From an uncultured phage cr124_1: a stretch of 40,000 nt of DNA. Shown here in pieces: positions 18,907 to 28,797 of the stretch; the stretch's first letter is position 1; the number at the start of each line of letters is the position of its first letter. The position numbers and the translations under genes were made by a program. The DNA lies in the sequence record NC_055899.1; one strand, written 5' to 3'. Under the pieces are notes generated by a model that did not search any database, was not told the origin of the DNA, and worked only from the letters and a program-made list of their open reading frames with translations.

Positions 18907-19098
18907 TTAAGGACTAATAAAAATTATTCCGTCTTCAATGCATGATGGTGATTCTTCGTTCAAATCCTTTGAATCGTTTACTTTTGGACAAGAGAAAGGA
19001 CTATTAAAGATACACCCATTGCAATTGTATTGACGTTTAGCCCTAACAACAATGCCATTTATTTTGTAGATTCTGCCAGGACTAAGTTTTTTACTCAT
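18907..19098 (-). CDS. Small Cys-containing hypothetical protein
   Basis: 63 aa, 'YNCNGCIFNSPFSCPKV...CIED'; 4-nt overlap with neighbour. Confidence 0.5.
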   Translation of the reverse strand: MSKKLSPGRIYKINGIVVRAKRQYNCNGCIFNSPFSCPKVNDSKDLNEESPSCIEDGIIFISP

Positions 19099-19553
19099 AG
19101 TTCACCTATTAATTGAAGCTTGTACATTGGTTGTTTAACTGGAACCATTTCGTATCCTTTACGAATTTCGTCAACTTTTCGTAATACTCTAGATATTTTT
19201 CCAAGTTGATATACTCTATGTATGGTCTCACCCTTGGTGTAAGCTAGTATAAAACATACAAATCTTGATGGATTAGCATATAGCTTATCATATACAGGTG
19301 ATACGCTATGATAGAATGCACCAACACCTTTCGTTGTGTCGATTTTATCCATATCACTTTTACTAACCAAAATCTTTGTTGCCTTTCCTTCCTTTCCTAG
19401 ATGTTCTGATCTATATATATAGTATTTTCCAGTTGATACATCTCTAACAGCTGTGCATTTGTCGCTAATGTTATTGATTACGACCATTAAACCACCTACC
19501 ATTATGCCACTAGGCAACACTTGGCGTACTACGTCTCCTTTACTAAACTTCAT
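19095..19553 (-). CDS. Hypothetical protein
   Basis: 152 aa; 'MKFSKGDVVRQVLPSG...'. Confidence 0.55.
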   Translation of the reverse strand: MKFSKGDVVRQVLPSGIMVGGLMVVINNISDKCTAVRDVSTGKYYIYRSEHLGKEGKATKILVSKSDMDKIDTTKGVGAFYHSVSPVYDKLYANPSRFVCFILAYTKGETIHRVYQLGKISRVLRKVDEIRKGYEMVPVKQPMYKLQLIGEL

Positions 19554-19975
19554 TTATGTACAAATTTGATTTTGTATCGAACAATTGATGTAATTACACC
19601 ATTTCTTAACCTAATGCCAAGTGTAGGCTCAATAGAGAATTGCTTGCATGTGTTAATATAGTCTACAACACTCTTTGAGATTGGAATAATCTCTGAGAAT
19701 CCTGCAGACTTATCAACATACACAGCTAGATACTTAACGGTTTTACCGTTAACACTCGGTTTCTGTACTATTTGTTTAATACATTCAACCTTGCAAACCA
19801 TTGTGTCAATTGCAGCTTTTTGCTGTGCATGACACTTTGAAGTCAATAACAATAACATTATTATTATGACTATCGCAATCAGTGGGCCAGGACTTTGATT
19901 TTCCGGCTTTTCGTACAATTTTACACCCATATTAAAAACCGTTTGTAATTCTACAAATACATCCTGCAGATTCAA
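19550..19975 (-). CDS. Hypothetical protein with one TM segment
   Basis: 141 aa; 'GPLIAIVIIIMLLLLTSKC'. Confidence 0.55.
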   Translation of the reverse strand: MNLQDVFVELQTVFNMGVKLYEKPENQSPGPLIAIVIIIMLLLLTSKCHAQQKAAIDTMVCKVECIKQIVQKPSVNGKTVKYLAVYVDKSAGFSEIIPISKSVVDYINTCKQFSIEPTLGIRLRNGVITSIVRYKIKFVHK

Positions 19976-20116
19976 GAGTATCCTTCATATTCCATCTCCA
20001 TAGATGATACAACTGCTAACAGTAAGTTAACATTATGTCTCATATCTTTTGTGCTTGAACACTCTGACTGGAACTTGATTTTTCCGTCGTTCTGAATAGT
20101 AACATTCAACATAAGA

Positions 20117-20407
20117 TTAATGAATTGTTATGAATTTAACACTTGTCTTGCCAGCTCCTGGAACATTTGAATGTTTGTTGTTAATATAACTATTCAAAGT
20201 ATTTTCCAAAGATTTGGCATTACATTTACTTAATCCAGAAGAGAGGATCATTGTAGATCCTCCCTCCTTAGCAACTACCTTGTAGTTAAGGTATTCAGCA
20301 TCAGGCTTCCCTTTTGCTGACTGTGGCTTAACCGCTTGGTTATGCGTTTGCTTGTGTTTCTTCTGATTCATTACCTGTACAAATGAATGGTTTACAATCC
20401 AGACCAA
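20117..20407 (-). CDS. Hypothetical protein
   Basis: 96 aa intact ORF. Confidence 0.5.
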   Translation of the reverse strand: MVWIVNHSFVQVMNQKKHKQTHNQAVKPQSAKGKPDAEYLNYKVVAKEGGSTMILSSGLSKCNAKSLENTLNSYINNKHSNVPGAGKTSVKFITIH

Positions 20408-20756
20408 TGGCCTTAATTACATTAGGCTCACTGAGCTTGTCTTCTGCGACTTCGCTAATTCCTCTAGCGATAGATGCAAGATGTCTCAAGTCATCAATGC
20501 TGTTGAATTTACCATCAACTTCAACTGTCACCTTAATGGTCTGTTCTTCTGTTACGGCGTCCAGTTCAACGTCAATAGATTTCAAGATTGGAATGTGTTT
20601 CTTGAACTTAGTCTCCACGTAACTAGGAGCATCCAAATCAACATGATCTGGAGACAGTGTACGAGATACTGTTACTACTGTTTTGTTACCGTCAGCAAAA
20701 ACTTCTGACCCAAGCTTTGGGTATCCTTCACCCAACAAATTTTCGATAATGTTCAT
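20340..20756 (-). CDS. Hypothetical protein
   Basis: 138 aa intact ORF. Confidence 0.55.
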   Translation of the reverse strand: MNIIENLLGEGYPKLGSEVFADGNKTVVTVSRTLSPDHVDLDAPSYVETKFKKHIPILKSIDVELDAVTEEQTIKVTVEVDGKFNSIDDLRHLASIARGISEVAEDKLSEPNVIKAIGLDCKPFICTGNESEETQANA

Positions 20757-21092
20757 AATTTTGATAATTAAACATTGTTTATTTTTGTGTAAGACTTACC
20801 GCTTACACTCGGTATAAAAAGTGTTCCATCTGTATTTGTAGAGGCTTTGGACTCTCAGCTTACGCTGGCTACATTAAACACTTAGGGTTGATGCAACTCA
20901 GCCCTTATGTTTTTTAATTGGTTTTATAGATAAACCTATTGGTAGTTCCATACAGAAATCATATTGTTCATAATTTCTGTTAAAATAACACAAGCACTCA
21001 TTCATGCACACACATTTTTTGTAATTCTAAATACATGATGATTAATTGTGACTAATTGTCCTGGTTTGTACTTTTTACGCTTGATCATTTTA

Positions 21093-21380
21093 CTAGTTTA
21101 AAATAACAATTACCTTAGATTTAGCTTCCAAATAATCAACACCATAATCTGTCTCAAGATCTGTATCCATGAGGTCAAGATTATGTGTTCCATCGAGAGA
21201 GTCTAAAAGCGTCTCAGTGCATTTATAATACTCTTCATATGCCTTTACTTTTTTCTCTGCTCTGTTATTACTACCTTTTACAGCATTAATACCAAAGCAG
21301 GCACCAACAATGACACCAATAACTGCTCCAATAAAGAACAGATTCAATTGGTCCATAAAAGAATGTTTCTTATCTTCCAT
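21093..21380 (-). CDS. Small membrane protein
   Basis: 95 aa, one TM segment 'LFFIGAVIGVIVGACFGI'. Confidence 0.5.
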   Translation of the reverse strand: MEDKKHSFMDQLNLFFIGAVIGVIVGACFGINAVKGSNNRAEKKVKAYEEYYKCTETLLDSLDGTHNLDLMDTDLETDYGVDYLEAKSKVIVILN

Positions 21381-21536
21381 ATCTATATATATTTTGATTT
21401 AATCTATAAAAATGGTATATCTATCCTCACGAACCGATATACCTGCATGGAAATAAAACCTGTTGATAACTAAAAAATGATTTAATAAAGGTGTAGTGGT
21501 TACTGGACTCGAACCGTCGCTATGTGTGCGCTTTTA

Positions 21537-21698
21537 TAGCCAAGTATGATACCCATATAATGAATTCGTACATAGTATACCCTCTTGCTTCAGCAAGTGT
21601 ATAATAACCACTATCCGTCTCTCCGGATCGTCATGGAGAACTAAAACCACTTTCGCACCCCCTGCAAGTAGGCTGACTACCTTAGTTCTCAGCATACA
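21537..21698 (-). CDS. Small ORF (53 aa)
   Basis: MLRTKVVSLLAGGAKVVLVLHDDPERRIVVIIHLLKQEGILCTNSLYGYHTWL, TAA stop; below the track cutoff. Confidence 0.3.
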
Positions 21699-21918
21699 TG
21701 TAATACTACTATTTCACCCTCTGTGTCCTACAATCGACATCTTACAGCTTTGCAAGTACTATAAGCACGTGTTGTAGTCATGGGCTTGGGACCATGAACG
21801 CCACATTACTACCTATAATTGATGTTAAATATAAAAACTCAAAAAACAAGCGTCGTACGCCTTTGGAGATTTATGAAATAAATCGTAATATCTCTTCCGG
21901 CATACGCGCTCATTTTTG

Positions 21919-22587
21919 TTATTCTTCGTCATCGGCTTCACCATCATCTTCTGGTTCTGGTTCCGGTTCTGGAGTATCAACTTTGGCTTTCGCCTTTGCC
22001 TCTATTCCTGCTTCCTCTAATGGATACAAGAACGATGCAATCTGCTGACTCATGACTGTCTCAGGATCTTCTCCTGGAGCCCAGTCATATGCTGTCTCAC
22101 CATCCTCGCCAGTAGTTCTCTGCATCCTACAGCATATTGATACTGTAGTATACAACTTGATTTTGCCGTTACGACCAACAATCCAATCTCCGGACTTGTG
22201 TAGAACATTGCCCTTTGAATCCTTCACGATTGATGTGTACTTTCTTACCATTGGTTGTGGAAGAACTTTGCTCATGAATACTACACCCTTGATCTGCTTC
22301 ATCTTAGGGTTCTCGATATCATCACCTTGGATAGTATAGTCTTTCGACTTATCCAGCTTCTCGTCTTCTCCAAGACATTTAGACTTAAAGAGATTCTTCC
22401 ACGCCTCAAATGCTCTGTGAGTCTTTGAAGTGTCCATGATAATGTACTGTCCAGCTGTTGCGTAGAAATCGTCTGGATCTTCAAGCTCCAGAGAAATGTA
22501 CCAACTACTAGAATTTGTCACACCTTCGATCTTGTTTGCATTCTTAATGTGCTTAAGAGATGCACTTACAACGTCATACGTAATCAT
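21919..22587 (-). CDS. Hypothetical protein, paralogue A
   Basis: Shares an ordered motif set with 23596..24168. Confidence 0.65.
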   Translation of the reverse strand: MITYDVVSASLKHIKNANKIEGVTNSSSWYISLELEDPDDFYATAGQYIIMDTSKTHRAFEAWKNLFKSKCLGEDEKLDKSKDYTIQGDDIENPKMKQIKGVVFMSKVLPQPMVRKYTSIVKDSKGNVLHKSGDWIVGRNGKIKLYTTVSICCRMQRTTGEDGETAYDWAPGEDPETVMSQQIASFLYPLEEAGIEAKAKAKVDTPEPEPEPEDDGEADDEE

Positions 22588-22884
22588 AACTTTGAGAATT
22601 TATATGTTTTACAATTTTGTTAAATCGCTATATATTAACACCATTGCTGGTTATCCCCTTTAAGGATATCATAAGATTTGGGTGTATAGAGATTATCTCA
22701 TCCCCATCCTCACTCATTCCTAATAGCATACATCCCGCTGATCTTCCGAATGCCGGAGGCCAGGCGGGACGCCTGCACTGCGTAGCAGTGGAAAGTGTTT
22801 GGGAGAGACTGTGCGTATAATTGATGATAGATATGAAAGTGATTTTAAAAAAGACCCGACACATTTCTGTGCCAGGCCTTAATA

Positions 22885-23130
22885 CTAGAAATCGAACTCA
22901 ATTCGAGTTCTCGAAGGACTACAATCACACAAGTGACGACACTCGTACATGAAGCCATTTTCTTTAACAGCATTATAATCATTCAAGAACTCAATAGCAT
23001 ACTCAGTATTAACTGCATTGTAAATAAGCTCTGTATGCATACCTAAGAAGTCTTCTACTGATACATTTTGTTCTCCGAGGCAGTCTGCTAATGCGCAGAT
23101 AAATGCCAATTCTAACCTACCTTTATCCAT
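22885..23130 (-). CDS. Small Cys-containing hypothetical protein
   Basis: 81 aa; standard stop is TAG, followed by TAT TAA. Confidence 0.5.
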   Translation of the reverse strand: MDKGRLELAFICALADCLGEQNVSVEDFLGMHTELIYNAVNTEYAIEFLNDYNAVKENGFMYECRHLCDCSPSRTRIEFDF

Positions 23131-23161
23131 TTTATTTAATATTTAAACAATTATACACTAA

Positions 23162-23491
23162 TTACAATAACTTAAAGTCCATTACCTTAAACGCAATTTC
23201 CAACTGCGCCATGAGTTGATACTGATAGTAGCACTCTGTTTTATAGAATAAGATGATTCTATTAAACTTGAGCATTGTACCATTTCTGAATTCACTCTGT
23301 TGAACCAGGCCAAGATCTTTAGCCTTAGGCCAAGTAAAACTATAACCATGATGATACATCTTAACAACAATATGTGTAAGATCACTTGTTGTGTACAAAC
23401 GCACAAACACCTTCTTATCATCATAAGTAATATAACCCTGACCCAAGAATGCCATACCATTACCATTTGCAAACTTAACATTAACCTTCAT
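23162..23491 (-). CDS. Hypothetical protein
   Basis: 109 aa intact ORF. Confidence 0.5.
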   Translation of the reverse strand: MKVNVKFANGNGMAFLGQGYITYDDKKVFVRLYTTSDLTHIVVKMYHHGYSFTWPKAKDLGLVQQSEFRNGTMLKFNRIILFYKTECYYQYQLMAQLEIAFKVMDFKLL

Positions 23492-23595
23492 ATAACTATC
23501 ATTTCCACCACACGAGAGCTGAAATTCTAACGGCTTTAAATTGTTACTAATACATTATAAATATGTTTCCATAGTATTAGATTACAGGTTAACTA

Positions 23596-24168
23596 CTACT
23601 CTTCCTCATCAGCTACATCATCCTTGCTGTCTGCGGCAGGCTTACTAGATAATGTAGACATTGGGAAATAAATGCGACCAATCATCTTCTGAATGATTAC
23701 ATCAGGATCGAATGCCCATACGAGCTCTCCGTCCTCACCACGTGCTACCTTGTAGCTGACTATCTTTACCTTAGTATAAACCTTAGTGTTGCCAGTCTTG
23801 TCTACAATAGTATCACCAATATTGTGGATGAGATTGCCCTTGTGATAAATCTTCTTGTCATACTTCTTGAAGCATGGCTCTGGAAGATTATACCAGTCAA
23901 TTACGACATTCTTCATCACACGAAAGCGCTCTGGGATAGACTCACCTTCGATAACATTGTTGCCAAGATCTTCGAATACCTTAGCCCAACGCTCAAATAT
24001 ACGTGGACTCTGCTCCTGGAAGAAGATAAATACGCCTCCCTCATCCTGCCAATCATCAGGATTCTCAAGCGTAAGTTTTACGCACTTACTCTCAGATGCT
24101 ACGTCACTACCCATTGACCACTCACTCTTGTTGCTGATAAGCTCAGCCTTAACTACATTGTACATCAT
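23596..24168 (-). CDS. Hypothetical protein, paralogue B
   Basis: Shares motifs with 21919..22587. Confidence 0.65.
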   Translation of the reverse strand: MMYNVVKAELISNKSEWSMGSDVASESKCVKLTLENPDDWQDEGGVFIFFQEQSPRIFERWAKVFEDLGNNVIEGESIPERFRVMKNVVIDWYNLPEPCFKKYDKKIYHKGNLIHNIGDTIVDKTGNTKVYTKVKIVSYKVARGEDGELVWAFDPDVIIQKMIGRIYFPMSTLSSKPAADSKDDVADEEE

Positions 24169-24560
24169 AATTTTAATTGATTAAATTGTAAAACATGTTT
24201 ATTATCTCTTGTCTCACGCACACATATGTGTTTGTTAGACGTTGCTATATGCATAGTTATTCATTGCATTCTCTGTTGTAGTTGTTTGGATCGAGTATGC
24301 TACATATCCAAAGCTATTATTGATTAAGTGTTATAGCCATCACTGCTGCCGCACTGCTTAGATGCTCTATTATGCCCCTGGTTTAGTTAGGCATAATACC
24401 CGCAACTTGTTGCAGGTGAACCGGTTTGTGACGAGATAATGATGACGGGGGTATCCGGATTTGAATCTGAAGCCCGGGGGTATGTATTTTACTGTTTCTC
24501 GTCTTTATGCACACATAACAGTTTAAAAATAAAAAAAATAAAATATTCGGCAAGCTCAAT

Positions 24561-24587
24561 AAAAAAGCCGAGGCGTAAACCCCGGCT
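24561..24587 (-). terminator. Rho-independent terminator candidate
   Basis: Minus: AGCCGGGGTTTACGCCTCGGCTTTTTTATT, imperfect GC stem plus T-run, just after the 24592..24768 ORF. Confidence 0.75.
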
Positions 24588-24591
24588 ATTC

Positions 24592-24768
24592 TCAATTATT
24601 GCTTTTTGTCCATCTCTAGAAATACTTTTCTGTTTCAGGTAGATTATGTTCTTCTTTATCTGGATCAATGTTAGGAGTGTATACAGTGCCAATAATATCT
24701 CCGATCCTATCAAGTGTGGTAGATTTATCTTGTTCTGCGAGTCTTATAAACTCAGATGCTTCCATCAT
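24592..24768 (-). CDS. Small ORF with one in-frame TAG
   Basis: MMEASEFIRLAEQDKSTTLDRIGDIIGTVYTPNIDPDKEEHNLPETEKYF[TAG]RWTKSNN, TGA stop; terminator follows. Confidence 0.5.
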
Positions 24769-24849
24769 TATCAAAGATTTCCTTCTCTTCTTCGTTTAAA
24801 TCTTTTTTAATATCAGATATATCTACTAACATATTTTAATCTCCTATTT

Positions 24850-25122
24850 TTAAAATCTCCACCATCTAGTTGGCTCTTTCTTTGATTCTTCTAGACACTT
24901 TTCATACTTATTTTTCCAATAGTTTACCCAGCCTTCCTGGTATGCTAATTGCTGTTCCAACAGTTTTATCTGTGCATCTCTAGACTCTAATGCACTCTCA
25001 TTGAACTTTTCTGGACTACTATTATATACAAGCTTTTCGTAATCTTTTCTGTCCAGGATTACGTAATCTCTAAGCTGTCTGACTAATTGTACTAATTCTG
25101 TTTCCTTCTCCTTCGTCTCCAT
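24850..25122 (-). CDS. Hypothetical coiled-coil-like protein
   Basis: 90 aa intact ORF. Confidence 0.5.
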   Translation of the reverse strand: METKEKETELVQLVRQLRDYVILDRKDYEKLVYNSSPEKFNESALESRDAQIKLLEQQLAYQEGWVNYWKNKYEKCLEESKKEPTRWWRF

Positions 25123-25142
25123 ATATTATATCTAATATCATT

Positions 25143-25361
25143 TTAGTTATCTCGGGACAGTCCGAGGACATCTTTACCATCTATTCTGCTATCCCCGAAT
25201 ACTTCTATAAATTTGTAGAACTCTCCTTTTTCATCAAGCTGCAGTGCTAATTGTAGTATTTGTCTCGTCGGAGTCGCTTCCTCCCCCATGTTCTCCAGCT
25301 CTTTCAGAAGTATCTGATATGCGTCTCTTTGCGCTGGATCCATCTTCTCTTGTTTCTTCAT
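25143..25361 (-). CDS. Hypothetical protein
   Basis: 72 aa; overlaps 25234..25698 in another frame. Confidence 0.45.
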   Translation of the reverse strand: MKKQEKMDPAQRDAYQILLKELENMGEEATPTRQILQLALQLDEKGEFYKFIEVFGDSRIDGKDVLGLSRDN

Positions 25362-25698
25362 CTTTTATGTCGTTGGAGGAGTCGTTAGACTCCGTAATGT
25401 TTATATCTTTTAAAGCGTTTATAACCTCAGTTTTGGTAGTCTTTGTCTTTACATACTCGTTTATTTTATTGACTATTTCATTCTTGTGTGGATTTCCCTT
25501 TGTTTCATACATGTGCATGAGTACGGACATGCTATTAGTATACTCAGTACGCTTTGTTTCGTCTTTTGCTAGCTCATCTACAAGGTTTTCTAGTTCTTCA
25601 ATGGTATAGTCATCCAATCTTCCGGAAACACTATCCACTGATCTAATAAGTTTTCCATCTTTATCGTACAAATTGCTATATTTACTAATCTTTCCCAT
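25234..25698 (-). CDS. Hypothetical protein
   Basis: 154 aa ORF. Confidence 0.45.
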   Translation of the reverse strand: MGKISKYSNLYDKDGKLIRSVDSVSGRLDDYTIEELENLVDELAKDETKRTEYTNSMSVLMHMYETKGNPHKNEIVNKINEYVKTKTTKTEVINALKDINITESNDSSNDIKDEETREDGSSAKRRISDTSERAGEHGGGSDSDETNTTISTAA

Positions 25699-25775
25699 TA
25701 TTTTTACTATCTTTAAGTATTATCCAACATGTTGTAGTAGCTACTATTGGAAGTATTAAAAACATGAATATTATA

Positions 25776-25895
25776 TCAAATGGACTCATCTTTATCTGGT
25801 TCGTAAAATCCTAATCTTCTACCGTTTCTCTCGGCTTTCTGTATTATTTCTGCCGCTCTTAAATATTCTTTATCTTTTGCCATTTCGCTCAGCAT
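25776..25895 (-). CDS. Small ORF (39 aa)
   Basis: MLSEMAKDKEYLRAAEIIQKAERNGRRLGFYEPDKDESI. Confidence 0.4.
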   Translation of the reverse strand: MLSEMAKDKEYLRAAEIIQKAERNGRRLGFYEPDKDESI

Positions 25896-26325
25896 GGGCT
25901 ACGTATTTTGTGCACTCTTCCTCTACAATTTCACCATCGTCGTTATGTATTAAGTGAGTATATTTTGCTTTTGATCTGTTGTATTTAAACATTCTAAACG
26001 CTTTGACTCGCTCCTATTTATCGTCATATCTATGAATATATTTCATCATTTGAGTAGCATTTACAGATCCTGCTACTCCTAGATTACATAGGTTTTTGAT
26101 AAAGCTCATAGCTCCATCTTCGCCGAATTTATGCTTTAGCATACTATATTCTTTAATGCTCTTCTAGAACCATTGATTATCAAGATCGTATATTGGTTCC
26201 TATTCTACAATGTATGCTATATTTACTGGTACTCCATGTATAAAGAAATATTTACACTATTCTGTACACGGTTTATTCTAGTATTGTAGAGACAAGAAGT
26301 CGGCATAATATAGTACAGCACTCAT
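25870..26325 (-). CDS. TAG-recoded hypothetical protein (151 aa, 5 in-frame TAG)
   Basis: MSAVLYYADFLSLQY[Q]NKPCTE[Q]CKYFFIHGVPVNIAYIVE[Q]EPIYDLDNQWF[Q]KSIKEYSMLKHKFGEDGAMSFIKNLCNLGVAGSVNATQMMKYIHRYDDK[Q]ERVKAFRMFKYNRSK...NGKR; fills a gap in the standard ORF track. Confidence 0.75.
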
Positions 26326-26336
26326 CTCAAACTAGT

Positions 26337-26735
26337 TCATCGTTTATTTGCTGTTTTGTTTACACACTCTGTAAAGTATCCAATTAAGTACGCAAATACT
26401 TCATTTGTATCATCAGAGAGCTTTATATGGCATGCCTCAAGTATATCTACAGCTGCATGAAATGACTCATGAGCAAACGTGTTTACATCATTATCACTAT
26501 TCCAAATTTTATTTACTACTATGATTTCGCAATCTTCGTCCGTTGATTTATCATATGCACCTCTAACAGTGTAGGCTGTATAATCTGCCCATTCACCATC
26601 ATATATAGATGATTCATCTTGTCTAAACGCAAATCTTTTATCCATCACAGACTTATCCGGGTTAATTATAACGAATAAACTAAATCCGTATACTGTCTTA
26701 TATTCGTCTATTATACACTTTTTCTTCTTATCCAT
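26337..26735 (-). CDS. Putative zinc metallopeptidase-like protein (HExxH)
   Basis: 132 aa containing 'NTFAHESFHAAVDIL'. Confidence 0.6.
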   Translation of the reverse strand: MDKKKKCIIDEYKTVYGFSLFVIINPDKSVMDKRFAFRQDESSIYDGEWADYTAYTVRGAYDKSTDEDCEIIVVNKIWNSDNDVNTFAHESFHAAVDILEACHIKLSDDTNEVFAYLIGYFTECVNKTANKR

Positions 26736-27016
26736 ACTATTCTTATTAGTCTTACAATTATTATTAAGCTTATATAGCTCTACTATAGTTGTATAGTCTT
26801 ACATACTGTAATAGCTGTACTACTAAAGTAGATCTCCTAAAGAGAATATATAAGAGAAAGGGTTCTAGCTGACTAACCCCCTACTATCCCCCTAACGTAA
26901 AAAAGCTAAAAAAGTTGCATATTTGCAAGAAAAATGCTATTTTTACAAAATTTATACCATATTTGCAACCTTTTTGAAAATTATTTCGTTATGGCAGCGT
27001 AAAACAATAAAAGCAA

Positions 27017-27433
27017 TTGGATATGACAAAGATTTTAAAGGTTATTAAGCCTTTCTTCGTAATGGAGAATGGTGATACATTTGAGTACAACGCTGATACA
27101 GATCAGTACGAAAGTGTATATAACGAAGAGCATAATAGCTCAAACGAAGACAATTCAACGGTTGTTTCTTCTTACAATTCTGTTTATAGAATCTCAAAGG
27201 AATATGCAAAGATGCTTCTTGATAACGGATACGTTGAGGAAGTTGATGATAAAAAGAGATTCGTAAATATCTTTGACGAGATCAACAATAAGCTCTCAGA
27301 ATACAACAATGAGCTTTGTGTTCTTAAGTCAAAAGCTGATGAGAACACACCTCAGTGTTTGCTTGTTGAGAAGGAGACAGTATTGAGAAACATGATTAAA
27401 TTACTTGAGTACCTTAAAGGATTGAAGAAGTAA
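27017..27433 (+). CDS. Hypothetical protein, first gene of the rightward module
   Basis: 138 aa intact ORF. Confidence 0.65.
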   Translation: MDMTKILKVIKPFFVMENGDTFEYNADTDQYESVYNEEHNSSNEDNSTVVSSYNSVYRISKEYAKMLLDNGYVEEVDDKKRFVNIFDEINNKLSEYNNELCVLKSKADENTPQCLLVEKETVLRNMIKLLEYLKGLKK

Positions 27434-27434
27434 T

Positions 27435-27863
27435 ATGGATGAGAAGATGATAGATCAGACCCAGTTGGCAGAGGACTTGAGCTCAAAAATAAAGTATGAG
27501 TTCAGACAGATGTTCTTGGTAAAGCCGCTTGAGCCTGTTAAAGTTAAGAAGAAGATCTCCGAACCTGTGGTTAAGGACACTAAGCCTAAGAAGGATAAGG
27601 ATGGGATCGAGGCAGTTGATTATGATGAGGTAAAGACAGAGATAAAAGAAGTTGATTCAGATTTCTCTAGAGCTGTTGTACTTAAGTTGCCATATGAGTA
27701 TATACACCCATATAGCGATGAGAAAATACAGCAGATGCCTATCAAGGTTGGTGATATCGTTATATATAGATCGTCTAGAGGTTCTATGTATTTCGATTTG
27801 CTTAAGGACTCTCAACTTGTATCGCTTTACGATATTGTAGCAACTGAAACAGTAGAAAAGTAA
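27435..27863 (+). CDS. Hypothetical protein
   Basis: 142 aa intact ORF, adjacent to neighbour. Confidence 0.65.
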   Translation: MDEKMIDQTQLAEDLSSKIKYEFRQMFLVKPLEPVKVKKKISEPVVKDTKPKKDKDGIEAVDYDEVKTEIKEVDSDFSRAVVLKLPYEYIHPYSDEKIQQMPIKVGDIVIYRSSRGSMYFDLLKDSQLVSLYDIVATETVEK

Positions 27864-28093
27864 TGAATATAGATAAAGTTTGTAGATAGATTGGACATAC
27901 ATTGAACGATGACCCAGAGCTAGTAAAACAAATAGTTATGCATTAGTTTTAGTTCGTAGTTGATGTTATGAAAGATCAAGATGATACTAGAGACGTATTA
28001 ATAAACAAACTATTTAGATTCAAGCTTAAAAATAGATTTAAAGATAATAAAAATAAACCATTAAGCCCATATGAAAAAGATAATAAACATTGA
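27863..28093 (+). CDS. TAG-recoded small protein (76 aa, 3 TAG)
   Basis: MNIDKVCR[Q]IGHTLNDDPELVKQIVMH[Q]F[Q]FVVDVMKDQDDTRDVLINKLFRFKLKNRFKDNKNKPLSPYEKDNKH, TGA stop. Confidence 0.75.
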
Positions 28094-28448
28094 TCGCAAG
28101 CCTATTATTGTTGATACAGATACAGCTGAGGTTTAGGCGATTAATAGATCTGCAAGAGGTATAGATGATATTTACGTTATTCCAGAAGATGCCAATGTTG
28201 AGTGGGTATCAAAGTTTTTCCCTAACAAAACTATCTGCGCAGATGTAAAGAAAGATGACATTCTTATCACATTCTACGACAAAGATCTTGGCACAGACTT
28301 TGTAATAATTAAGTCTGAAGATTGGTTAAAGGCCCTCGATAACGCCAAAGCTGCTGATCAAAAACGAAAAGAAGAGTGGGCAGCCAAACAGAAGGAAAGC
28401 GCACATGTGAATGCTGCTTGCGACGATTGTGGAAACTATTGTGGATAA
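28071..28448 (+). CDS. TAG-recoded hypothetical protein (125 aa, 1 TAG)
   Basis: MKKIINIDRKPIIVDTDTAEV[Q]AINRSARGIDDIYVIPEDANVEWVSKFFPNKT...CDDCGNYCG, TAA stop. Confidence 0.75.
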
Positions 28449-28464
28449 TGTTAATATTTAAGTT

Positions 28465-28788
28465 ATGAAGAAAGCTATTAAAAAGACAGTTAAGGTAAAA
28501 AGACCTAAGTATATAATCTCTATGCTGGATGTTGCTAACACAAACGATGTTACAGCGTATTTCATTAGCAAGAAGATTTCGGCAGGTATGAAAGTTACTG
28601 ATTGTGACTATTATACAGTTATATCAATCCTTACAGATGCTTTGCTAGACGAGATTCTTCCAGAGAACGGTTGCGCTGTAGTAAAAGATGGTTGCGTATA
28701 CTTAAGATGTAAGGCGAGAAGAGTAGAAAAGAAGGTTAAGAAGCCTTGGTACAAACGTTTATGGAATTGGATTACTCGTACTAAGTAA
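28465..28788 (+). CDS. Hypothetical protein
   Basis: 107 aa intact ORF. Confidence 0.6.
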   Translation: MKKAIKKTVKVKRPKYIISMLDVANTNDVTAYFISKKISAGMKVTDCDYYTVISILTDALLDEILPENGCAVVKDGCVYLRCKARRVEKKVKKPWYKRLWNWITRTK

Positions 28789-28797
28789 TCACCTTTA

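Noticed and set aside
21497-21616. 11-bp inverted repeat with GGTTCGAGTCC, resembling a long-variable-arm tRNA on the minus strand
   Set aside because: The T-stem does not pair and no anticodon arm forms; much of it overlaps the open frame 21537-21698. Left as unexplained structure only.
24440-24480. T-arm-like GATTCAAATC and direct repeat GGGGGTAT
   Set aside because: No pairing acceptor strand or anticodon arm found; insufficient for a tRNA call.
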